A DNA stretch of 64,000 bases from Andalucia godoyi And28 (lineage: Eukaryota > Protista > Jakobida). The position numbers were made by a program, and so were the translations under genes. Below are positions 45,901 through 54,800 of this stretch, one piece after another (the first letter of the stretch is position 1; each line of letters begins with the position of its first letter). The DNA is taken from the NCBI GenBank assembly GCA_009859145.1, contig VRVR01000002.1, positions 442,724 through 506,723 on the forward strand. The letters run 5' to 3'. The notes beneath the pieces are model-generated. The model made no database searches. It was not told the origin of the DNA and saw only the letters and a program-made list of their open reading frames with translations.

Positions 45901-46639
45901 ACTCCATATTCATCAACGACTGAACGGCCTTTTTGACAGACTGGAGACCGTCAAAGGTGCACTGGGGCTGCGAGACCTGCGTGAACGTCACCGTTCCGTC
46001 ATAGGCAAGTCCATTGCTGTTAAAAATCGTTCGTGTTCCAGCGCCGCTTGGCTGGAATCGCAGTCGCGGACCGCAAGCAATAAGGTCACTGGCACTGTTG
46101 ATGCGAGTAAACGGGTTCTGGCCCATGCCCTTGATCAGGATGACGGCGGCAACGCGGTTATTGACGGTTGAAATATTCAGATCAAACCCGCCAAACGAAG
46201 ACAGCAGTCCCGACAACGGTTCGTAGGTGCTGGGTGACATCATCAAGAACTGAGGAGCACCGTTGCCACCACCGCTCTGCTGAGACTGCACGACGTTACT
46301 CGGACCGCATATGGATCCTGAATACGTCGTGAACTCCAGTGATGCAACACCGGCAGCATCGCGCGTGATGCGCGGCATGGTGTCTCCATCAGAGCCCTGC
46401 TGGACTGTTCCTTGGACAGAGCTGTAAGGAATAAGGTTGTTGGTTCCGTTCTGCTTCAGGTACACAGTCGAGTCGAAGTCGACGGTGAAAACGGCCACGA
46501 GGTAGTTTCCATCGGACCCCATGTTGAGATTCGTGACACGAAGATTCGAGGACACGACGTTGAATGCGGACTGCGCTGAGATCAGCCCAGCTCCCACAAG
46601 CAAAGCCAGGAACAGCGAAATGGCGCCGTTGATCTTCAT
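42956..46639 (-). CDS. Large cysteine-rich cell-surface glycoprotein, predicted signal peptide and GPI-anchor signal
   Basis: 1227 aa. The N-terminus MKINGAISLFLALLVGAGLISAQ is a signal peptide. The body has many Cys-spaced modules and N-x-S/T sites. The C-terminus has small residues (TESAAG) followed by a terminal hydrophobic stretch (VFGLLSFLTAVVATLLFSLL*). No family recognised. Confidence 0.85.
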   Translation of the reverse strand: MKINGAISLFLALLVGAGLISAQSAFNVVSSNLRVTNLNMGSDGNYLVAVFTVDFDSTVYLKQNGTNNLIPYSSVQGTVQQGSDGDTMPRITRDAAGVASLEFTTYSGSICGPSNVVQSQQSGGGNGAPQFLMMSPSTYEPLSGLLSSFGGFDLNISTVNNRVAAVILIKGMGQNPFTRINSASDLIACGPRLRFQPSGAGTRTIFNSNGLAYDGTVTFTQVSQPQCTFDGLQSVKKAVQSLMNMESNIGGRQALDQIRFLLTSLDTLSSMDGCKGLVGSFLTTSSKTVTLPPSTDCTFPPDSLQFAQSPCCNATLRYSQCCVPTAMTLSVTSVDNVVSSQIAAKCSTPAKITPILRDFIAALQDQAEADRKSQTNSNSKDVFDQYTSFRSTCQKQIYDKVCQTDSDCTYSKRCDTQTNRCVVPWGSSAESDIIVKCFLDNMDPDLRYELANKWALQSKYASQTEQADAFAAAFRARLMSLDCVGPMADYTNASGVHVTYRSTMSFEKDSDGRYMPVVVPGNQAGCLSEKKCNWSPWDNSMTPSNCVNGTDNQKFCGLCYGGQCMEVSQFARCQVTGIQDKTSCEGAGFYWMETLGNRMCIDKSAKNVSQCTPSAICGSNAQANGMDFSCSFTRCILTNISTMNDCFQYGNSFWDFRTSSCVYGPGSQPQGRTQCLQQTNSPVFWPGKVFTPGRYDTNSDCSAGVCSIFSVRQNGGNSTACNAARECTVACRRCESRGGVQTMCVDNSVANASACSQINNAARWNQNTQKCVRTDLQDAASCVAPLQFHTCGGRTQATCSTGTMQSELQCNWNDYAWCPDQASCTATGMCDDYEFQRCGPDGCKNGACVKKFEIDSNGFPKPCTGQWSRVGCVDSDVSNSSVCTARGGVWHTRATSKAECDAHGSRCVDDNKPFEWNDYDSTNCNACGRSRRPVYTWVDGKWTAGSILPTTWSDRRWDSVNQWTNTLDNGKVDDAIQNAVARIEGRKLLNFARTKYLPMIEIFERISCDCTAGAASRSCFNSIVKLEKKKCRVDPGTQASCGNIVFDSTNVAGNFSINVAMTEIQLSSVSASNAVNSIMENVPAEKATDVKLLATDTNVYITNSYNYKVAVVLSNAQGLTSDTSLTGSVTLCVDINNAITYDSATYYIKDFAMADSTTGNPGTPLQITVTQSGNQYCGSVSTVGNYYAVARIANVNQQPANTESAAGVFGLLSFLTAVVATLLFSLL

Positions 46640-47199
46640 TCTTCAGAGAACCAAAAAAAAAAAAAAGATTTTTGTTCTTTGTTGGTGTCGGTGTTGCTGA
46701 TGATGATGAGCGGCAAAAAGGGATGCAAAGGATGCAAAGGACACTATAAGAAGTCTTTAAAAGAAGAGAGAGTAAAAGAAAAGAAGGAAAGAAGGAAAGA
46801 AGGAAAGAAGAAAAGAAGGAAAGAAGGAAAGAAGGAAAGAAGGAAAGAAGGGAAAAAAAACAGTCATAAATAACAGTGCGGACCGTCGAGTTCTGGGGCG
46901 GAATCATGATTCGTGTTTTTTCTTCACTTTTCAGCTCTGTCAACGAACCCTACAAAAACCGTCGCACCATTTTTGGGGCTACATCAGACCCCATCACAGC
47001 TGCTTTTTGAGGCAATCTTCGCTCGGGGGCCCGGATTTGTTCCTGTGAACAAAGAATGACGTCTCGCCTCGCAGTTTTTTTTCTCTCTCTCGTCCTTTTT
47101 CGTTTGGTTTGGCGGCCAATGTGTCTGAAAAACATGTTGTCATGCATTCGATGTGGGTGCTGTGGAGAGAGTTTTTCTAATATTTATTTTAAAATTAAT

Positions 47200-47750
47200 A
47201 AGCGTCCTTTTCACGGGGAGCACTGTGTCTCAGGAGACCTGGTCCGTCGTCGTGCAGAAGCTCGTGTCAGCAGATACGATGTTTGTTTTTGATCCGTTGC
47301 AACGACCGGACCACCCCGTTGTTCAGGCATTTGCGCAGGGCTGGCGATTGTTCAGGATGCAGGACGTCTGCTAGGGCGCTTTTTCCAAATTGCGTACGAT
47401 CTGCTACGGCAGAGTCTGAAAGCGGATGGAACAGGCATCCTGATTCCTGTTTTGGAATGTGTCCGAGCAGACGATACGTCCCGCGGCCACATAATTCCGT
47501 TAATCCGTTGGAGTTGACAATACAAATTTGTTTGAAAGCAGGCGAATCCTTTGCGCTCGGGGATTCCTGCATTGCGAGCAGGAGTGCGTTGCGACAATAC
47601 AACTTTCCCAACGCCCCAGAACTTATCGATGGGAACTGTGTCTTCGACCTTCCCCTCCCCCCTCAAGATGGAGTTTCGCAACACACGACTCGCGCGCGGA
47701 ACCGTCGCTTGTTTGGAATGAGATGCGCGGGGGAAAAGATGTTTTAATAG
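47200..47750 (+). pseudogene. Possible fragmented coding remnant of unknown family
   Basis: GC-rich island between AT-rich tracts, with protein-like stretches in three successive plus frames (…VVQKLVSADTMFVFDPLQRPDHPVVQAF / GLAIVQDAGRLLGRFFQIAYDLLRQSL… / NPLELTIQICLKAGESFALGD…). It could equally be UTR or a short minus-strand gene. Confidence 0.2.
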
Positions 47751-47759
47751 CAAACGGTT

Positions 47760-48845
47760 TTACAAGAATGAGACGCTCGAAATGAGGGCATTGTAGCTGT
47801 TGACGGTCTGCAGTGCGTGTTGCGCAATGTCGATCTGGATGGTAACCGGGTTGTCGTTGGCGTACTGCTTGTTGTTGGGAGTCACGGCGACGGACGTAAG
47901 TTGCGTGCTTGAATCGCGAGAAACAATCCAGCTAGAGCCCTTGGTTGCGTCTGCGAGCGATCCAGAGAAGACGTCGCTCGGGAAGCAAGCAGCGGAGTAC
48001 GCAAATGCGGCATTGGCAGACTTGTCGTCGAACGGCGACAGATCAAACATCAGAGTCTCTGCATCTCCTTCAATATCGCTCGATGACAGGGAGCATGCGA
48101 ACAAGTTTCCGTTTTCATCGTCCATCGGTGCGCATGTGAATCCCGAGGTGATCAAGTCCGCAATCCACGTTCCAGAGTTCGACAGCACGATTGCATGTCT
48201 CAATGGGCGCTGTCCCTGCGGTGAATTGCATGTGTACATGCTCCACGATGCCTGCGCCGCGAGTGTCAAGTTCATTGACTTGAAAATCGGGACGGACGAC
48301 GACGGAGACGTAATGGACACTGGTCCCATGAACTGGTACGTCGGGGCATTGACATCGCGGACATGGAAAGCGCCTTCTCCGACCTGCCAAACGGCATTCT
48401 GCGTCGGTGCCGTTGCGTTTCCAAAGCACTCGTCTGCGAAATCAAACTCGGCACTCAGGGTGGAGACGGAAGACATGTTCACGCGAACTGCACAGTGGAA
48501 TAGACTGGTGTCCGAGGAGACACATCCAGACGAGAACTCCACGGAGTTTCCAGAGCCCAGCTTCACGGGAATCGACGACCATGACGCAGGCTTGCGCGAG
48601 ATGCATGCATACACATCCGGGCTGCGCGAACGAAGGCCGCAGGCAAAAGAGAAGCCGAGGAACGTGGAAAGGAGAGTCTTGTCAGTGAATGCAGCAACAA
48701 GACCGCGCGTGAGATCCGAGTTGATCGCTGTGCAGTTTCCAAGGACGTCCGGGGCTGCACCGTCGACAGAAGCCGTATAAGTCTGTGCAAGCGTAACGCA
48801 TGACAGCACGCCCAGAACAAGGCAAAGAACCGCAAGTGTCTTCAT
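47760..48845 (-). CDS. Secreted hypothetical protein
   Basis: 361 aa with signal peptide MKTLAVLCLVLGVLSCVTLAQ. Ser/Thr-rich and beta-rich, with regularly spaced Cys. No family recognised. Confidence 0.82.
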   Translation of the reverse strand: MKTLAVLCLVLGVLSCVTLAQTYTASVDGAAPDVLGNCTAINSDLTRGLVAAFTDKTLLSTFLGFSFACGLRSRSPDVYACISRKPASWSSIPVKLGSGNSVEFSSGCVSSDTSLFHCAVRVNMSSVSTLSAEFDFADECFGNATAPTQNAVWQVGEGAFHVRDVNAPTYQFMGPVSITSPSSSVPIFKSMNLTLAAQASWSMYTCNSPQGQRPLRHAIVLSNSGTWIADLITSGFTCAPMDDENGNLFACSLSSSDIEGDAETLMFDLSPFDDKSANAAFAYSAACFPSDVFSGSLADATKGSSWIVSRDSSTQLTSVAVTPNNKQYANDNPVTIQIDIAQHALQTVNSYNALISSVSFL

Positions 48846-49331
48846 TCTGCTATTCCTCCTTTTTTCCTCCCCTTCTTCTTCTTCTTCTTCCTTCTAAAAC
48901 ACGGAGGCTAACAAAAAGAAACAAATAAAAGAAACGGAAAAAAAGAAAAAGAAAAGGAAAAGGAAGGAGGAGAAGAAGAAAGAGAGAAGGCGAATAACAA
49001 CGTACGAAAGCGACGAGCCTTGCGTAAGGGCGGTCAAAACGAAATCGGCTGTGCAGCGGGAACGCTGTGCGTCGTCTCTGTGACAATTTCGGGAGCAGTC
49101 GGGAAGAGAAGAGTCGGAGCCCCAAAGTCAAGATGCAGAAATCTGCAGGAATTCTGGTTTTTTAACAGAAACAGTGGGGAAGGTGAGGAGGCATCAGCTT
49201 GCGTCAACTCTGTCTATTTTAATCCTCCTCTTTTTCCTCCTTTCTTTCTGGTTTCTTTTGGTAATTGCAGTTGCTGCACTTTGCGAAGAAAGAAGAGGGA
49301 GCGGAAGAAAAGGAGGAATGAGCAAGGGAAA

Positions 49332-50147
49332 ATGACAGAGCGAACTGGAGGCGTGTGCTGGGGTGTGTTTTTTGTGCTGATTGGTGCGCTGGTCTCATCC
49401 GTCCAGGGTCAGTCGGGACAGACATCCGCATGCAAAGCGTACCCTGCGCTATGTCCCCACCATGGCGTGTTCACGACGCCGAGTCCTGCGCAGTACTCGG
49501 TGAACTTTTCCACTTCTGCCGGAGCATTCACGGTAGATGTCCTGCGATCGTGGGCGCCGATTGGTGCGGACAGGTTCTATGCGCTTGTAAAAAGCGGTTT
49601 CTACAACGACGCCCGCTTCTATCGTGTGCTACCGGGATTCGTGGTGCAGTTTGGGATTGCGGCCTCGGCTGGGGTGTCTTATATCTGGGAAAACGACGAC
49701 AAGTTCCACACCAATCTGCCCAACGACCCTGTCATTTCCGGTATTTCCAATGTCCGAGGTTGGGTTTCGTATGCAGCGGCCGGAGATCCCGTCACGGGAC
49801 TTGCAGTCAACCGAACGACTGAGATCTTTGTAAACTACGGCGACAATTCCAGGTTGGACAAATTTGGGTTTGTGCCGTTTGGAGTCGTGAAAAGCACATC
49901 GCAGATGGGTATCGTCGATCGTTTGTATTCGTACGGCGAAGTCCGCGACATTTGCGCGCAAACCGTGGCAGTGGATTCCAAGGCGCAGCACCCTCTCAAG
50001 TTTGCGCATCCATCGTCAACGGAAGCGGGGCCAAGATACAATTGCACCGGCCCTTATGCATCCATGATTTACGACGATGGTAACGACTATCTGGTGTCTG
50101 ACTTCCCGCTGATGGACTATGTTATTTCTGCCATCGCAACACCCTAG
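49332..50147 (+). CDS. Cyclophilin-type peptidyl-prolyl isomerase with signal peptide
   Basis: WAPIGADRFYALVKSGFYNDARFYRVLPGFVVQFGI, NVRGWVSYA, RTTEIFVNYGDNSRLDKFGFVPFGVV. N-terminal hydrophobic leader from ATG 49332; 271 aa. Confidence 0.92.
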   Translation: MTERTGGVCWGVFFVLIGALVSSVQGQSGQTSACKAYPALCPHHGVFTTPSPAQYSVNFSTSAGAFTVDVLRSWAPIGADRFYALVKSGFYNDARFYRVLPGFVVQFGIAASAGVSYIWENDDKFHTNLPNDPVISGISNVRGWVSYAAAGDPVTGLAVNRTTEIFVNYGDNSRLDKFGFVPFGVVKSTSQMGIVDRLYSYGEVRDICAQTVAVDSKAQHPLKFAHPSSTEAGPRYNCTGPYASMIYDDGNDYLVSDFPLMDYVISAIATP

Positions 50148-50343
50148 CCCTAGTGGTGATTTTGCCATCTATCGCAATTGCAATAGATGAAACAAACGAA
50201 CGAACAAACAAACAAACCAAAAAAAAAAAAGGCGATAGAATCAGAAGAAGTGGGGAAAAATGCGTTACAGCACTGATTTTCATGATTATAAATTAAGATA
50301 GAGGGCGAGTAAAGTCAGACAAAGCAAACGCACAGAAAGCAAA

Positions 50344-50903
50344 TCATTTGCGTTGGAACAACCCATAGAACGCAAACAGGACGTAAGGGACCCCGCTCCA
50401 AATGACAATGGCTACAGTGTGCATGAGCTTGGAAAACAGCTGCTCAGAGGACGACATTGTGAATTGCAAGTGTGATATCGCAGAACCAGCAAATCTGAGC
50501 AGCATCGTCGTCGCCCATGTCTGAAGCGTCCGGGACACTTGGTCTGTCATTGGGCGAAACGCGTATGCTGACTCTGTTTTTGGAATCAGCTGCTTCGAAC
50601 CACCATGTGCAGAGACAGACGACGATGGCGACGACGATCTGTGCTGGGACTTCTGATAATAATCTTTGGCCTTTTGCAAGCGAACCTCGCGTTCAGCCGG
50701 GTCTGCGTCCGCCAAAAGTCCTTTTTCAATCGCCTTGCCGAGGAAGCTGTGAAAGTCGAGAAAGACACGCGTCAGGATTTTGTCATTCTTGGATTTTCCC
50801 TCCTTCGCTTCGCTTCTTCTTCTGTCGTCCAAACATGGAAAAGAAAGAAAGTTGCAAAGAGAGTTCAAAACACATACCGATGAAGACCGCTCTCGTCGGT
50901 CAT
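50344..50903 (-). CDS. Small hypothetical protein with C-terminal TM helix (tail-anchored-like), two exons (50903-50878, 50821-50344)
   Basis: ATG 50903 (in-frame TGA just upstream) plus a 56-nt GTATGT...ACGACAG intron gives 504 nt and 167 aa: MTDESGLHR|RRSEAKEGK...AIVIWSGVPYVLFAFYGLFQRK*. Confidence 0.7.
50822..50877 (-). other. Spliceosomal intron (56 nt)
   Basis: Perfect GTATGT donor, T-rich body and ACGACAG acceptor. Removing it gives an ATG-initiated ORF whose length is a multiple of 3. Confidence 0.7.
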
Positions 50904-51275
50904 GGATCACACGACACAATTCACCCAAGGCGTGGTTCTTTAGATCCAGCTCTGCTGATGGGGGAGGGGGGAACAACGAATCTGCTGCACTCCAAATCCA
51001 AAAAAAGACTTCGCCAGATTTCCGTCGCTCTCACGGCTGAGTGTTTTTTTTTTTCGCACCCCCCCTTTCAAACGCACTTTCCATACGGCATCAGCACCAA
51101 ATCCAAAGGAGTATTTCTTTGTCTCGGGAGATTGGGGAGTCTGCGCAGATTCCAAGGAAGTTTTTCGACTCCTCGATTTTGCAGCTTTGAAAACGATCGT
51201 AGAGGACTGACAGTTTGGAAATTGATCAGCACTGACAGCACTGACAGCCATTCTCCTCACATGTCAACCGCCCAA

Positions 51276-51276
<1 letters not shown>

Positions 51277-51311
<35 letters not shown>
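51277..51311. repeat. Compound (TG)n(AG)n microsatellite
   Basis: Read directly. It lies in the divergent region between the small TA-like gene and dynein. Confidence 0.9.
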
Positions 51312-51313
<2 letters not shown>

Positions 51314-51715
51314 CAGACGCAGAGAGGCTCGTTGCACTTTGAGAAAGGACCTTTCGTTCCCTACTTTTCGTTTTTGTTTTCGTTTGTTTTGCCCCTTTTC
51401 TGCCTTTTGCCATTCCTTTTCTCTTCTTTTCTCTTCTTTTCAAGAATTCTTGTGTTTTTTTATATAATAATAATTTTCTTGTGCAGATCGCTCTTCAAGT
51501 TTCTCCTTTTCTGTCTGTCTCTCTTTCACTTTTTTTGGCGAATTCGTGTATGCGCATTTTGTTTGCTGAACGGAAAACATTTTGCCATTGACACATATTA
51601 TTCACGGATACTGCTGCCTTTCTCCTCCGAAAGAAGAAGAGGAACCAGAAACAGAGAAGAGGTTTTTGGGTATTCTTCCCATCTTTTTTTTCTTTTTCTA
51701 AATATCCTGCCGGAT

Positions 51716-51719
<4 letters not shown>

Positions 51720-51768
<49 letters not shown>

Positions 51769-51787
51769 CCCCCCCCCCCCCCCCCCC
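51720..51787. repeat. (TC)~21 followed by a C19 homopolymer, just upstream of the dynein start
   Basis: Read directly. It ends about 30 nt before ATG 51819. Confidence 0.9.
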
Positions 51788-51818
51788 TTCTTTTCCCATC
51801 TTCTTTTGATTTCGTAAA

Positions 51819-54800
51819 ATGGCATTCGATGCGCGTCATCGCTACCTGATGGGCCGGTCGGCAGAGGTTCTTGGTGCCGAGTTGCGCGCGGAAATTGAGG
51901 ACTGTTTTGCCTCCAATGCACGTGTCCTGAAGGCGTTCTTGGACGGCGAAGAGCCTTCGCGGTTGTTTCTGCTGCACAAGCCCAAGCTTCCGGAGCCCGA
52001 TGAATCGTCGGGATCTGTGCAAGTTCCAACGAAGGCTCCCAACCTGCTCCTCTCCACAGGGCAACCGAAGGATCTCGGTCTTGGTGGTCGCTGTGTGTAT
52101 TTCGTGCGAGTAACAGCTCCTGGGAAAGCTGTTTCGACCAAGGAGGCCGACCTTGCAAATGATGTGGAAATTGGCGTTGTGGGCGGCGCGTCTGCACTTG
52201 ATTCTTTGCACAAAGTTCTTGACAAGGTATTCTTCCCACTGCTCCGTGCACAAACCGAGTGGGGGAAATCAAGCACGGATGATACATCCGAGTTTTTCTC
52301 CACGATGAAAAAGTTTGAAGAAACGCTCTCCAACGTTGTCAAAGTACAGCAAGAAGGTATTGAGCTCAAAAGACCTGACAAGCGGTTTGCCGTCGCAAAC
52401 AATCAGCAAGCTTTTGTGTCAGCGTCTCAAGAATCCGAGCTCGTTGCACACTTCGAAGCGGTTGTCGAAGACTGGTGCGCGGCCACCGAAAGACTTCTTG
52501 CAGAATCTGAGCAAGGTCGCGTGGATTCCGAGGACGCTGGCCCAGACACGGAGCTGGACTACTGGAGAACGAGAATGGGGAAATTCAATTCCGTCACCGA
52601 ACAACTGAAACTGAGGGATTGCAAGACGACGCTGGGCGTCCTTACGCAAGCTCGCTCCAAGGTGCTCAAGAAATGGCGTTCTCTGGATACTCAGATAACA
52701 GACGCAGCGAACGAGGCGAAAGACAATGTGAAGTACCTCAGCACGCTGGAGAAGTATCTCGAGCCGCTGTACGGCGGAGTTCCCAATCAGATTGTCGACT
52801 CTCTTCCTGGTTTGATGAACAATCTCAAAATGATGCACACCATTTCGCGGTACTACAACACCACCGAACGAATGACCACGCTGTTTGTCAAGTTGACGAA
52901 CGAAATGATTCGCAACTGCAAGAAGACCATCAAAGCTGACGGTAAGTTGTGGGACCAGGACCCAAGTTCGCTGATTCGAAAACTCGAATCTTGTCTTCGT
53001 TTGAATGAGGCCTACCAGGAGCAATACAGGTTGACGAAGGACAAGCTGCTCTCACAGCCCGGAGCCCGCCAATTCGACTTCAACGAGTTGCAGATTTTCG
53101 GCAAATTTGAGCTTTTTTGCAAGCGTGTTCAAAAGCTTGTCTATGTGTTCTCGACAGTTGAGCAGTTTTCCGCTCTGGCGAAGCATTCGATCGATGGGAT
53201 GGAGAATTTGATCAAGAGATTCCAAGAAATCGTAGATGATTTGAAGAGAAAGCCATACGACTTGCTAGATCACACGAAGGCTCAGTTTGACAAGGATTAC
53301 ATCGATTTCAACAAGAACATCGAAGAGCTGGAAACAGCCTTGCAAGTGTTCATCAATTCCTCTTTCGAGAACATCACTTCGACGGAGAACGCGCTGGCAT
53401 TGCTCAAGAAGTTTCAATCCATTTTGCAGCGCGAGAATCTCCGTGCCGACTTGGACTCGAAATACATGGTGATTTTCCACAACTACGGTTTGGATCTCGA
53501 GAATGTCCAGAAGACGTACGAGAGATACAAGCACAATCCTCCTCTGATCCGCAATGCCCCGCCGGTTGCAGGAAACATCACATGGTCGCGCCAGTTGCTC
53601 CGTCGTATCGAAGAGCCGATGAAAAAGTTCCAGCAGAACAGAACCATCATGAATACAAAGGAGTCGAAGAAAATCATCCGCACATACAACAAAGTAGCTC
53701 GCGCGCTCGTTGAGTTTGAGACTCTCTGGCACTACGCCTGGATGAAGTCGATCGAGACTGCAAAGACGGGATTGCAAGCGACGCTGATTGTTCGGCATCC
53801 GGAGACCGGACGGTTGTTTGTCAACTTTGATCACGAAATTCTGCAGCTTATTCGGGAAACCAAATGGCTTCTTCGGCTGGGGGTCGATGTTCCCGAATCA
53901 GCCAAGATGGTCTTGCTGCAGGAGGACAAGTTCAAGTCCTATTACAACCAGCTGTCTTACGCATTGAAGGAGTACGATCGAGTCACTGCCAGGATCATCC
54001 CTATCGTGCGGCCGATCATTAGCCCGCATCTCGAGGATCTCGATAAGAAGATTCAGCCGGGTATGACGATTCTGACGTGGACATCCATGAACATCGATGG
54101 CTACTTGCACCGTGTGCACTCCGGTCTGGCCCGGTTTGAGGAGCTGGTCATCAAGATGAATGACATCATTGAAAACCGCATTGAGAAGAACCTCAAGGTG
54201 ATCTCGAAGACGCTGTTGGTGGATCTTCCTTCGGACCAGACATTCTCTCTCGATCAGTTTGTTGCTTTGCAAGAAAGACACATCAAGTCCCAGTCGTCGC
54301 AGATGAACATGAAGAACATGGAAGTGGAGCGTGCGGTGGATGATCTTATGGAGACGATCAAGGCCTTTGCATTAGAGTTTGTTGTTGTCCCCGATGAAGT
54401 ATGGGAAGAGGAGATTTCCAAATTGCGAAAGCACTACAATCGTCTTATGTTCAAGGCAATTTTGTCCGCGACCACAAAGTCCTTGCAGATCGTGAAGAAG
54501 CGAATCGGCTCTCGATCTCGCAGCGGAGAAGTTGTGGTTGAAAGACCCTTCTTCAATGTTGATGTAGAGCTGCAGCCTCCTAATGTTCTGATGAATCCTT
54601 CTCTCGACGAAGTGCAAGAGGCAATTAATCGAGCTGCAATTGCAGTGCTTCGGTGCTCCAAACAGTTGTTCCAATGGTCGGTGAAGACTATGGATCCTGC
54701 CCTGAAGGAGTCCTTCTACCCGGAGCTGGCGAGAAACAAGGAAATCGTCAAAGTAGTTTTGCTCCTGACTGGTGGAATCCACGGACTGAAGCAGCAGGTG

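Noticed and set aside
47352-47753. VPIDKFWGVGK in a minus-strand ORF, resembling the helix-hairpin-helix of Y-family (DinB) polymerases
   Set aside because: It is an isolated ~10-residue match, and the surrounding sequence shows no other polymerase motif.
50940-51260. 106-aa minus ORF upstream of the small TA-like gene, with a possible GTATGG…CTCAG intron
   Set aside because: Splicing at the candidate sites runs straight into a stop, and the unspliced product crosses poly-A/poly-G runs. It is probably UTR or promoter DNA.
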